Shown one piece after another: positions 14,449 to 26,760 of a stretch of 64,000 nucleotides of DNA. Below the pieces are notes generated by a model. It saw nothing but the letters and a program-made list of their open reading frames with translations, did no database searches and had not been told where the DNA came from. This stretch comes from Octopus vulgaris (Eukaryota): positions 10,850,001-10,914,000 of the forward strand of contig OX597818.1 of the NCBI GenBank assembly GCA_951406725.2. Direction: 5' to 3'. The translations under genes and the position numbers were made by a program. Within the stretch, counting starts at the first letter, position 1; each line of letters starts with the position of its first letter.

Positions 14449-16016
14449 GTAAGCTTCATCACCCCACCCCTGCTTGTACTCGTTTGCAACATTCCTATTT
14501 CTTCATGCCCTGCCCCCGCCGACATCCTTAACTAAGCACCCAAGGGATACCTACTTAACTCCCTACCAGCCACAACCTAACTCAGTATGAAGGGATATGA
14601 AGAAAAGGAAAAAGAGTAGGGTATAACCATGGGGTGGATGGATGTATGTATGCTTGTGATACATACATAGAATGGAAGAGGGAATGGTGATGGTGCATGC
14701 AGAATTGGTCTCTTGCCTATTATTAAATGTCCCAATTACAATCACATCTACCCCTTCACAACTATAATACACCCAGGGATTCCCTCTTACTGCTACTGCC
14801 CAAATACCCTGCACACATTAACATCGGCATTCCTCCAATCCCACTTGCATACTACCCACTCCATCTACCCCATTCCTAAATTTTACTATCAAAACTGCTT
14901 CCTTTCTATTAATTTCCTTTGTGTTCATGTTTAACCCCTCAGCCTTCAGGTTACTCTGTCAAATGTAAAGCTTATTTCCACACATTGTTTTGAATTATCG
15001 TGCATTTTCTCATAATTTTGAGATTTCGATGTTGCAATTGTTCACTTTTACAATAAACATTATAGGATTAGTGTGAGAGGTCAGGCCTGGTCAGTTTGAA
15101 CATAAAACAATTAGAATATTTTAGCTGGATATTGCTGGTTTAAATGTTAAAGGTTTAATCCTCCAGCTATGTCACTACTTTCATCATATACTTTTACATA
15201 TATTTATGTATGTATATATGTACATATTTATATATGTATATTCATTTGTGTGTGTGTTATATATAAATAATGGAAGTTTAGATATAGTTTCTATGATTTT
15301 ACACATTCCTGTATGCACACACATGCACATAAACACATATACACTAACAAAGATACATACTAGAATACAGTGTATATGTAAACAGTAAGGACTGGATGGC
15401 CACAGCTAAGGTCCTTTAGTCAAAGAATGAGGGTAATGCCCATGACCTATTCAGGGCCTTCAAAACTAAACAGAGGAAAGCAGGCACTTATCCTCAGCTA
15501 TTTGAATGCTTGCTGTAGAGTGAACTCTGCTGAAGGAACCCAAGGCCCAGTTGGTGGTAGTAAACCAGAAAACGATCTACCACCCGAGGTCCAACCTGGG
15601 GCTAAAGAATGTAAGAAACATCCAATTGAGCCTCATAATACATCCTACCATTGTATAAAAAGAAGGGCACATTAGATAATGTACTGCTAGATAAATTATA
15701 TCTGCAAAAATTTGGAAGGTTTCAGCTGGTATTCTTTTGATACAGGACTAGTGGATCAGGGCTGCAGGAATGACCTAAGATGTAACTTACAAAAACAATC
15801 ACAGAAGTAGATAAAGTGCTCCCTGTACTCACTAGATTAATGTTAACATCTTCCCTTAGACTTGCCATCTAAAATGATTTTATATAATTTCATGCTTGTT
15901 CCTACAGTAGTTTATCTTTATTAAATAATATGCATTTATGTTTTTGTGTGTGTGTGTGTGTATGGTATGTGTAAAGACACAAAAGCTATGCAGTGATATA
16001 TTGCCATATTTTTACC

Positions 16017-16134
16017 TCTTTCGAAGAGCATAGGCTCAAAACATCAAAGACTTTTCCAGTCTTCCCAAGTGGTAAGCTAATACACCTGCTTGTTGTTCCC
16101 TCACCTGTCTTCGGCTTTTGTTTTCTGTAAATTT

Positions 16135-16140
<6 letters not shown>
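16017..16140 (+). mobile_element. 5'-truncated copy of the hammerhead-like short repeat
   Basis: tcgaagagcataggctcaaaacatcaaagac...ctaatacacctgcttgttgttccctcacctgtc, ending in (TG)n(AG)n. Confidence 0.65.
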
Positions 16141-16194
<54 letters not shown>

Positions 16195-16301
16195 TAAGGT
16201 CCTGAAGATTCTAGTGCCTAACATTGCAATTAAAAGCTATAGCAACCCACAAAATAGTTGCTACTACATAGTACAAATGGTCTCATCTCTTCCATCCAGA
16301 G

Positions 16302-16883
16302 TAGTTATTCCCAACCAGGGACAAATGTACCATCGGTGGGGGCCTGGGAAAATTGTGTTGGGGCATGAATTCCATTATTTAATACGAAAGAATCGGTGAA
16401 TATTTTGTTCAAAGCAAAAGGTACCAAGATGTGGTTATATGATAAAGTTGAAAGGAAATACCCTAACACTACCATTTCAGCAAAGGAACTTTTGATTCAT
16501 TTCCCCACATCTTATTTGGCTGAGTGTGACTTTAGTGCTGTTGAATTTCTTTTGAGCCAATAGAAACAGACTTGAAATTACAAACTGTGGTGATTTATGG
16601 CTGGAGCTAACAGAATTGTCTCTTTGAATCAAGGAAATCTGCTGTAGTTGCCAGGCACAAAATTCTAATTAGTGATTCACTTTTCTTTTCGTTGCCAATA
16701 ATGTACTTTTTTTTTGTACTCAGTACTTTATAAAGGAGTTACCAGTAAATTCTTTTGTATTGAATAATTGTGATAAAAAATATTAAAAGTAAAGTTGTTT
16801 TTTTTCCAACCACTGGTGAGGCATACAACATTTTTCTGGAAATTTATAGTGGGGCCTGGGGAAAAATAGATTAGGAAACACTG
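16302..16883 (+). mobile_element. Non-autonomous hAT (Buster/Charlie-like) element
   Basis: Degenerate TIRs tagttattcccaacc / gattaggaaacactg. Internal LLIHFPTSYLAECDFSAV...RNRLEITNCGDL matches the hAT C-terminal dimerization motif. Confidence 0.75.
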
Positions 16884-17313
16884 GTCTGGGGTAAGAATCT
16901 GATACTGTAACAGCTTAGAGTTCAAGGGTTCACATCTTTACAATACTTTGTCAAATAGCAAAAAAAGAAAAGAAAGAGGAAAACCCTCAGCTCTATGGGG
17001 TGTGAATCAGAAGGCACTTCCACAAATTTTAATACCAGATGAACCATCATCATGACTGCAAGCATATATAAGGGTGGTATTGCGTAATTCCTTAATTCAA
17101 CAAAATCAAACACAGATAGATAGATAGATAGATAGATAGAAACATGTATATAAACGCCTTGGCTCTATTTATTAGCATATATGCATGTATATAAACATGT
17201 GTTTATATGTATGTATATATATATATATATATATATATACATACATGTGTTTCTATTTATATATGACTGCTTGTATATATATATTAATGTACATACATAT
17301 ATATACATTACAT

Positions 17314-17349
<36 letters not shown>

Positions 17350-17944
17350 TATATTTATATATATATGTATATTTGTGTGTGTATGTGTGTGTTATAAATA
17401 AATAATATAAGTTTAAATATAGTTTCTACATAAATGTACTGACTTACATGTACCATATGAGTTGGCAAACATAGTCAACATATATGAAAAGATAAAGAAC
17501 AAATCGATAGACACATTAAATGTCACACACACACACACTGACAAACAAAATCTCTGACACACATACATACATACAATTTCCTACAGATTTAAACTCTCTA
17601 CACAGACACACTAACCCACACAAATTTTTCTACTCATTTGCTCAAATATTGTCACGCTTGCTTCCATTTCTGCTCCATTTTAATTCCGATATTACTTTCC
17701 ACTTTATCAATGATGCCATCAAAATACTTATTTACCATAGGATAGCATGTTTATTAAGTTAAATCAGAATTTTTGAAGTCGCCACCAAATGCCTAAATTC
17801 TCCACCACCATCACCTTCCACCGCAAAATACTTAAGAGTTCCTACTCTTTCATGTTTCCTAAGGAAATTCTAATAATTATGTTCTTTAAGTGTTTCCATG
17901 AAATAATAATAATAATAATAAAAACAAATATGTACAAATATAAA

Positions 17945-17993
<49 letters not shown>

Positions 17994-18029
17994 CTACATA
18001 CTCACACACACATACACACACACACATTA

Positions 18030-18400
18030 TTACTTGTTTCAGTCATTAGAATGTGGCCATGCTGGGGCACCACCTTGAAGAATTTTAGTCAAAGAAATCT
18101 ACGTCAGTACTTTTTCTTTTAAGCCTGGTACTTATCCTATCAATTTCTTTTGCCAAACCACTAAGCTACAGGGACATAAACACACCAACACTGGTTATCA
18201 AGCAGTGGGGTGGAGGACAAACACAGATACAAAAACATACACATAGATACATATATACATACATAATGGGCTTCTTTCAGTTTCTGTCTACCAAATTCAC
18301 TAACAAGCTTTTGATCAGCCTGAGGCTATAGTAGAAGACACTTGCCCAAGGTGCCACTGAAACCAGAACCATGTGGTTGGGAAGCAAACTTCTTATCATG
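18030..18400 (-). mobile_element. SINE family A
   Basis: Reverse complement of family A. A detached head fragment lies at 18755-18840. Confidence 0.8.
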
Positions 18401-18414
18401 CTTATATATATATA

Positions 18415-18720
18415 TCACCGTCACCGTGACCGACCAGGTTACCAGATGTTACTACACATCACTGGTCACAATGCACTTTGCATTGTTTTAGCCTTTAAAT
18501 GACGCCACCCCGCTGGCTAAGCGAGCAGGCCAACAGAAGAAAGAGTGAGAGAAAGTTGCAGCAAAAGAGTACAGCAAGGATCGCCACCACCCCCTGCTGG
18601 AACCTCGTGGAGCTTTAGGTGTTTTCGCTCAATAAACATTCACAACGCCCGATCTGGGAATCGAAACCACGATCCTACGACCGCGGGTCCGCTGCCCTAA
18701 CCACTGGGCCATTGCGCCTC

Positions 18721-18723
<3 letters not shown>
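18415..18723 (-). mobile_element. tRNA-derived SINE (family B)
   Basis: A box TGGCCCAGTGG and B box GGTTTCGATTCC. Flanked by (TA)n. Confidence 0.9.
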
Positions 18724-18755
<32 letters not shown>

Positions 18756-18974
18756 TTGCTCAAGGTGCCATGCAGTGGGACTGAACCTGGAATCATGTTG
18801 TTGGGAAGCGAGCTTCTTACCATACAGCCCCACCTGCACATGTAAAATTTTCATGTTCACTTTCCATACTTGCATGGGACAGGCAAAATTCGTTGAGGTA
18901 GATTTTCTACAATGCTTGCTTACTACTTTCATGTAATGCCAATGCAAGGAGACTCAAACACACATACCCAAAGT

Positions 18975-19385
18975 GGCTGATGTCTTTTTCAACTGAGCTC
19001 CTTGGGATTATAAAATTGTGTCTGCTGAAGCCATAGACATTTTCCAACAACCACTTCTAACTATCTCCACAGGTATGGCAAGGAGCTGAATCCTGCTACC
19101 ACACATTTGGCTTTCCAACTGCAACCTTCTTCAATCAGAGGTAACCCACTGTCTCCAATGGCTTCATATAGTCATTTAAATTGAATCTGAAGGCCTTGTA
19201 CGTCTGTTGTTGGCTGAATCCCTTCATGCTGGCCATTGCTTTACAGTTCCCATTGCAGCTGTCCATGTCACATCTTACAGCCTTTACAGTGTTCACAGAG
19301 CACTGAGCAGCAATCATGGTGTCAGCGTTTTGATACCCAACATAAACCATCATGATACAGGTAATTCTTTCCCAATATTCAGATG
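18975..19385 (-). mobile_element. Internally deleted Tc1/mariner-type transposase remnant
   Basis: Minus strand gives IAAQCSVNTVKAVR (HTH-like) and LKKVAVGKPNVW*QDSAPCHT...KWLLEN (QQDSAP-H catalytic motif). Confidence 0.7.
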
Positions 19386-19739
19386 GCTTCCAGTACTACA
19401 TGTCAGCTAACTTTTTTCTCGACTATAACTTTAATCTCCAGGCTTTCCTACACTATTGACTGTGCAATACATCAAGCTGTTCTTGAAAAATGGAGGCAAA
19501 AAAAAATTGTCAACTTTAGCTTGAATGCCCTGTTCACCCCCCACCCCCCATACACACACATACATGTATATGTCTTGTTTTACTTTGAAGCAATGCAAAG
19601 AACCAAGATTTTTGACTTAAGCTAAATACAACAGACTACTTCTAAGCAAAACATGATATTACTATACTCTCCTTTGGTGCGTAAAAATTATACACAACCA
19701 GTGAAATTTAAACATGGATAAGCAGTACCTCAGTATATA

Positions 19740-19782
<43 letters not shown>

Positions 19783-19784
<2 letters not shown>

Positions 19785-20600
19785 CCACACACATACACAC
19801 GCACCTACATACACACACGCACGCATACACACGCATACACACATACATTACACACGTACACACACACCTACATACACATGCATACACACACACACACAAA
19901 CATGCACGGACACACCCAGACATACATACATACACCTATATACACACGCCCACACACCTACATACACACACATATACACACGCCCACACAGCTACATACA
20001 CACACATACATACACACATACACGGACACACCCATACATACTTACATACATACACCTATACACACACGCCTACACACCTACACACACACATGCATACACA
20101 CACACATGCATACACACACACATGTACGCACATACACACACATATACGCACACACATATATACCCACACACATGCACACACACACACATATACGCACATA
20201 CATGCACGCATGCACACGCGCACACCTACACGCATAACACACACACACACGCACGTACACATACATACATACACACACGCATACATACACCCATACACAT
20301 ACATGCATCCTACACACACATACATACACACTCACACATACATACACACACACGCACTCACTCACACACCTGTATGTTCGCGCACACACATGCACATACA
20401 CACACTTCCCCACACCCACACGTACATACATACACACTCATACACATACACACACACACACACACACGGACATACATCTATGCACACACATATATACACA
20501 CATACTCACATACATTCATCGGACACACTGCCACCCAGACATACACACAGACACACTCACACATCCACACACACACATACGTACGCGCACACTCGCAGGC
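19783..20600. repeat. Long degenerate (CA)/(ACAY)n microsatellite
   Basis: About 800 bp of acac/atac/acgc units. Confidence 0.95.
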
Positions 20601-21330
20601 GCGCGCACACACGCGCTTGCGCCGGTTCGCGCACGCATGCGCGCCGCATGCACCTCGCCCTTGGACCCGACGAGACCTCCCGCCCGTTCCTGGGATGTCG
20701 CTTGTCGTTGGGTTTTCCCACGCCCGTCTCCGCGGGACCACTCTTCCATCTTCCCCTCCGCTGGAGTCTTTTTCCTACCCCCCCTTTTTTTCGTTACACA
20801 CACGCGCACACATATACACACATTGCTTAAACATATACATTACTCTTACACACATTCAATCTACTCGCCACTAATACTACCACGACACTGGACACACACA
20901 CACACTACTACTCAACACACGCTGGCACGATACATACGCCCCCACCCCTTCCCCTCCCTCCCTTCCTCCTTCCTCCCTTTTCTCACTACTGACCTTTGTC
21001 TGCTATGCTGCTGCTATGCTGACCACCGTCTCGCCCTACCTCACACGCCTACACACAGACGCACACACTAACACATACATATATTTTTTGTTTTTTTTAC
21101 CTCGCCTCACACACACACATACACACACGCACACGCACACACTCACACATACACACACATCTGTTGCGTTACCAACCTTGTCTCCACTCTTTTGCCTTTA
21201 AAAACCCACTTTGCTCTTGTTATCGTAAACATCCGCCTTTCACCATGTGCTACTCCTAACACCAGTCGTTTTTTTCTCTATCTCCGTTGCCCGCTCCGGG
21301 ATCTTTCTTTCCTCTCTCTTCCTTCTTTAT

Positions 21331-21365
21331 GTTTCCGACGAAGAGCTCCGCTCGAAACGTCATAC
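21331..21365 (+). ncRNA. Minimal hammerhead-like motif with variant core (CCGACGA)
   Basis: GUUU-CCGACGA-A-GAGC-UCC-GCUC-GAAA-CGUC/AUAC. It has a 4-bp stem II, palindromic ACGU stem III and a weak stem I. U4 is replaced by C. Confidence 0.55.
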
Positions 21366-21451
21366 CTCCCTGCTTCCATTTCCTGAGCGCCTATTAATAA
21401 TAATACTGTAATTGTTCCATTGTTGTTGTTTTTTTGTTTCCCGTTTGGATT

Positions 21452-21485
<34 letters not shown>

Positions 21486-21487
<2 letters not shown>

Positions 21488-21776
21488 ATAATGATAAAGG
21501 GTAAAATTAATTAATTAATTAATAATTAATAATTTTACCAAGTAGTTTGGTATGTTAAAAGAACCATTATTGGTAAACTTAAACAAAAATTCTTATAATT
21601 ATGAGTATCAAAAAATTTGCTTCACCACATACCGATATTTAGAAATAGCAGCGAAAACTAGCTATTTTATGGTAGAGAAATAGCTAGTTTTGGCTGCTAT
21701 TTCTAAATTTCGGTTTGTGGTGAAGTCAAATTTTTTGCTGAACCCTAATTATAATTATAATCATTATAGGAATTTT
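21486..21776. repeat. (TA)n-embedded module with a 60-bp inverted repeat (arms 21609-21668 and 21677-21737)
   Basis: The arms are reverse complements with about 4 mismatches and 1 indel. A single-arm homolog lies at 32616-32715. Confidence 0.8.
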
Positions 21777-23672
21777 TGTGTGTATATATATATATATATA
21801 TAGTCGGCACACTTTTCATTGTACACACATATATGTATGCATGTAATTTCATGTGTGTGTGTGTGTGTGTGTATCTATTTGTAAAGCTTAACTCATGTTT
21901 AGCTATGATTGAGGAAGCCTGTGATCAAAAGCATTCTAAGCAAGAGTATCACATGTTTTTGCAACAGAGACAATATATCTAATGTTACCTTCTCAGATGT
22001 CTTCTATTTACTTTTCTTTTCTTTTTTGTTTTGTGCAGCAGGTTTAAATTGATTTGAGATTTGGCTGTTACCTCTTGCAAATTTAGCAGTTATGATCATT
22101 TAGATTCATTGTATCCGTGCTTGTACATATGTTCGCGTGTGTGTATATAAGAGAAAGAAAGACTGGCAAGGAGAGATTCTTTGTAGCTTCAAAGATAGAT
22201 ACTTATATTGGTAGATACTTTCAAACTTTGTATAACATTTATGCAAACTCTGGCTCAGGAGAGTTTAGAGAATTTTCCAAAAGGGATTCTTAATGGTGCA
22301 TAGATGTCAACCGATTTATTAAGATAAGGGAGCTAGTGTTATAATAGTTACTTTGGTAAACTAATTAATAACATACAAAGGAAGATGTCAACATTGGTAG
22401 CCCATGAGACAAAATATCTTGCCTTTCATCTTTCCAAGTTCGAGAAAGTAAGCAGATGATAGCCAATGTATTGAGGTCAATGTAATCGACTGAACTCCAC
22501 AAGATGGTGTTCCAGCATAGTCGTAGTTCAATGCATGAGACGAATAAAAAAAAAAACAATAACAAAACATTAAGAATAAAATATTTAAACATTCCACAAT
22601 AAATGTCAGAGCATTTAGAAAATTTGTAAGGACTCCAAATTTTATGTCATCTTTGGAATTTAGGATGTTTTCTAGCCATTCCTTTGATTATTTTAAGTTT
22701 TATGTATCTGAAATACAAAAAGCTTCCAAATCTTCTAATGTTAGTTTGAAATATCATAATACAGCCTGAAATTCAGAATGCTTTTCAAGTTCAAACTATA
22801 ATGATAGCAAAAATTCAAGATGTTTAAAAGATATTAGGATATAGCTATGATCTGTTGTGAAAATTTTGGGGTCCATGAAATATTATAATGTTGATATCTT
22901 TATCAACCTCTTAGCTATATCAGTCCTCTTGAGTGCTACAGAAATTTTATGTTCCTAGCATTCAGTTTCTTTTTATCTCGACACTTCCCTCTTCATTCTT
23001 ATAATTAATTACATTAATGGACTAACCCGAAACATGCAGTCTTTTATATGCATCATTCTTCCCTCGGGCTCATTTGAGACAGTTAAGATGTAAGTTGATA
23101 ACACCAGCAAGAAGTAGGAAGAATAATCGACAATATTTCAACATTACTTTCTTAATTAACTCCCAACAGATAAAGTATTAGTTACTTCAGTCATTTCCTT
23201 TTACACTCAATATTCAAATGCACTACCAAGCAGGAAATTTATGCTGAGTGTCACCTCACTTCTCCTAGGTTTTGGCATAAAAAGAAGAAGACCCTGAGGG
23301 CAATAACTACCAAGATATGTGATCCAGTGAAGTTTCTTTTTATTCACATCAATGCATCAAATACTTTATTGTTGGTTTTGAGATTATCAATAGTATTGCT
23401 GGAGCTACACAGTTTTACATAAAGGACAGAGAAATATGTTTAATACAGAAACGACACTAAGAGCATTATTGACATTAACTTCAGAACTACTGTTGTCTTT
23501 TGTAACTTGACTTTGTGGTTTCAGTTTGTCTTTTAACTTTGACTACAGTTACCAGTCCTGAATAAACCAGCTGCCAGTTGCAGATGTTGCATTTTAGTGC
23601 GGTAATTTGAATTTGAACTTTGTGTCTGTTAAAAATTCTAAACATTTTGTAGTCATTTATGAAGATAAAATG

Positions 23673-23830
23673 CAATTGCAATGTTATTACAATATGCATT
23701 ATATTAGCCTCAATACTGATATGTCAATTGCAATGCCATTTCAATACATATTATATTAGCCTCAATACTGATTTCCCAATTGTAATGCTATTACAATATG
23801 TATTAAATTAACCTCAATGCTGATTTGTCA
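23673..23830. repeat. Three-copy minisatellite of about 52 bp
   Basis: caattg(c/t)aatg...att(a/t)caata...atta.atta.cctcaat.ctgat occurs three times. Confidence 0.85.
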
Positions 23831-25197
23831 GCTTTCAAAGAAACAAATCACATGCAATTTTTTTTATTTAATGGCTTAGTCAGAAGGGAAGATAGTGGAT
23901 TGGTAGAATCATTACAGAATTTGTTCCAGTATTTTACACTCTGCAGTGACATTGGTGGGAAACTATGCCATCAATTGCATTTCTTTTGGACAGCATAATT
24001 GTTGTAGAGAGAGGAGACTTGTCGCATGGGCAACTTCCAGCTTTCTATAGATCTTGCTTAGGCATGCACCCTTGGGAGAAACTTTGCAGATGCATTTGGT
24101 CAACCTTGTCCGAAGGAGGCCTGAGAATCAGAAGAGTGAGATCAGGGATCATAAATCTTTTTGAAGTGTGTAAGACTTGTGAGAAGCAGGGGAAAAGTTA
24201 TTTGATGATTTGGCATGAATGTGTGTAACAGATTGGTCTTTTTAATGGCACTAAAGAACCAGTTGTGTTAAATCAGGTGATGGATTAAATCTGCCTCTCA
24301 AAAACAGAAAAAAGCATAGGCTACCATGCATGTCTGTCAACGAAATTTTACTCCCAAATTGACTTGCGGTTATAGTAGAAAACTATTGCTGAAGCTGCAA
24401 AAAAGAAAGAGTTAAGTTACTGAAAAGAAACTAAACACCTTATAAACACAGAACACTGTACATAACAGCTTTGACTAGCTTAGGGTGTGCTATCTTATAA
24501 GACAGTAAGGATAAAGAGTTCAAAAAAGGGAATAAATTGGGTTGCGTTGGGGTAGAAAAAATAAACTACTATATTGGGCAGGCTTTTCATCTGCAGACTA
24601 CTACTTTTACTCATAGCAACTGATTTATTCCACTTTTGACCTGTTTATACTTAACATACAAAACTAAACACTTTCCTCATATCATGACATTTATTTCACT
24701 ATTTGAATTATTTTTATTACATTTTGCCAATGCAGAACATCACAAGTTTCTTCAGATTCCATTGTTTTCATTACCGTATAAGGTTATAAACCCTACTTTA
24801 CGCAAAAGCGTAAGATGTACCATGTTGAAAAGGTGTTTACTTTCTCTTCAATAACACTCCTCTTTTTTCTTTCTTTCACTTTTTAACAAAGCAAGTTTTC
24901 TTTTTCTGAAGCCAATGTGAGAATGCCATATGCACTGCAGCAACTGCAGCCCTTAAATGTCTCATTAAAAAAGAGGGACAGATACAGTTTAAACCAAGAT
25001 ATCACAAAGAAAAAAAGAAAAAGATGGTATGGTCACAGCTAGAATGCTTCTGACTCCATCATGGTTGACTTTAAGCTAAACAATTTCATAACTACTGTGT
25101 ATATATTTCCACCCTTCCCACTCTTATTTACACATCAAATACAGCTTTTATGTATTTCACTTTATTGCTTCTTCCTTCCTATTTTAATTCTCTTGAA

Positions 25198-25269
25198 TTA
25201 TCACCATATCTGAAGTTATGTAATAAGTATGGTGCATTATCACCATATCTGAAGTTATGTAATAAGTAT
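25198..25269. repeat. 33-bp direct repeat
   Basis: ttatcaccatatctgaagttatgtaataagtat occurs twice, with a 6-bp spacer. Confidence 0.9.
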
Positions 25270-25570
25270 TATGTAAGTAACCATTGCAACTGTTAACTGA
25301 AACTAGCTTATAACTACTGTATATAATCCAGACTTAATTAAATTGATCAATCCAGTTGGCATAACACTGCATTTGCTGAAAATTTGGACGAAATAATTTT
25401 TGATACATTACAATAAATATTGTGATTCCTTGAAATATAAGGTGCACCATTCTTTATAACCAATCAATTTTAGCCTCACCTGGAAAAGTAAATGAACTAG
25501 TTACCCCACAGGCTATATCTCTTCATGAACAGAAGTAATATCAATCTGACCAGTTTGTTTGCTTAGGCCT

Positions 25571-25865
25571 GTGGCTCTCATTCAGAGTCCACAAGACCCC
25601 TGAGGGTCCATATAAGATTTTGTAATGGGGTGGGGTGCTAGCAAAATAGTTAACTGGGGATCCACTGTAGTATTCTAAGGGCCTCTGAAAATGTTGATAA
25701 AGATGTATTTACACAGTTCAACCTAAGCATGTTAATGTATGGAAAATGAAATGAGAATTTTGAAAAATGTCTCTATAAAACTAATTTTTAAGCATCGAAT
25801 GGTTATGAGGATCAACCTGTATAAAATAGCAATAAAAAGGGTCCATAGATAAAAAAAAAGGCTGT
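25571..25865. mobile_element. hAT-like MITE family; related pieces at 1-90 and 33603-33860
   Basis: Shared segments (aagatttt...caaaatagt...gggg.atcc...tattctaag; gggtccatagataaaaaa). cagtggttctc-type termini in the related copies. Confidence 0.5.
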
Positions 25866-26261
25866 CTTGTGATCCAGAAAACCCTTATGTCACTGATCCT
25901 CACACTGCAGAATAGCCTACAAACACTTACATCCCCCCCCCTTTCTACAGAACTACTTCCTTGGTCTACCCTCACTATATTTAATTATCACTCACATAGA
26001 TCCATCTACACAAAATAGCAAGTTGACAAAGGCTATATAAAGTCAAAAAGGACCCAAGTAAAGCATAGTCTGATGAATGCAAGCAAGCCATGACCTTGAA
26101 GTTACAGTCAACATTTTCTTTTGTAAAGTAAATGTCTGTTCTACAAAACATATTTTGTAATCCTTCAGTGTAATTAATTATTTATATAACTTGACATAAA
26201 ACCAAATACTTAAACACACACACACACACACACACAACATATATATATATATATATAAATA

Positions 26262-26545
26262 AATATAAGAGAATGGTCACTATGTGGCTCATTCTAGCAC
26301 TAGAAAATCCAAAAGGTTTCAACCACAAAAATACATGTTTCCTATGAAAGTCAGTACGATTGTTAGCTCACACGAACAGGGCAAATAAAAAATAACAAAA
26401 ATACAGATTATTTTGGGACAATTGTTTCGCTATTAATGAATTAAATGTAATTTTACTTACAAAAAACCCACTTGTAGCTCCTCAGCCAAAACTATCTGGA
26501 TGAAATCCACTCAATCACATGCCAGATTTTACCATAACGAATTCA
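26262..26545 (-). mobile_element. Short (TA)n-embedded module (Penelope pLTR or retrozyme-like) hosting the intact hammerhead
   Basis: About 285 bp of complex sequence bounded on both sides by (TA)n. Contains the 26404-26498 motif. Confidence 0.6.
26404..26498 (-). ncRNA. Type I hammerhead ribozyme motif with canonical core
   Basis: Minus strand reads CAGAUAGUUUUGG-CUGAGGA-GCUA-(42 nt)-UAGC-GAAA-CAAUUG-UC/CCAAAAUAAUCUG. Stem I has 13 positions with 1 mismatch and 1 G-U. Stem II is 4 bp. Stem III is the palindrome ACAAUUGU. GUC cleavage is predicted between 26417 and 26416. Confidence 0.85.
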
Positions 26546-26556
26546 TATATATATAA

Positions 26557-26760
26557 TTCAAATTTACAGGAAATAAAACAAAAAGACAGGTGAGGGAACA
26601 ACAAGCAGGTGTATTAGTTTAACGCTTAGGAAGAATAGAAAAGTCTCTGACATTTTGAGCCTACACTCTTTGACAGAAGGGATTGAGGGGGAAACAAATC
26701 AAGAGATGCGAAAAAAAAAATGGTGAGAGAAAAAAAGTGTGTAAGGATTAATGGTTCAGT
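26557..26760 (-). mobile_element. Short dispersed repeat with decayed hammerhead-like motif; family copies at 16017-16140 (+) and 57205-57365 (+)
   Basis: Copies share gaagagc(a/g)taggctc...ctaatacacctgcttgttgtt...aaattt(a/g)aa, each abutting a dinucleotide tract. Confidence 0.7.

Noticed and set aside
18650-18723. tRNA gene
   Set aside because: The A/B boxes belong to a SINE head continuous with a 300-bp repeat body present twice in the window.
19714-20874. Longest ORFs (386 and 361 aa, His/Thr/Tyr-rich)
   Set aside because: These are translations of a (CA)-type microsatellite, open in several frames on both strands. The same applies to the [12 protein letters not shown] ORFs throughout the window.
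23673-23830. CRISPR-like regularly spaced repeats
   Set aside because: The spacers are themselves homologous and the context is eukaryotic; this is a simple minisatellite.
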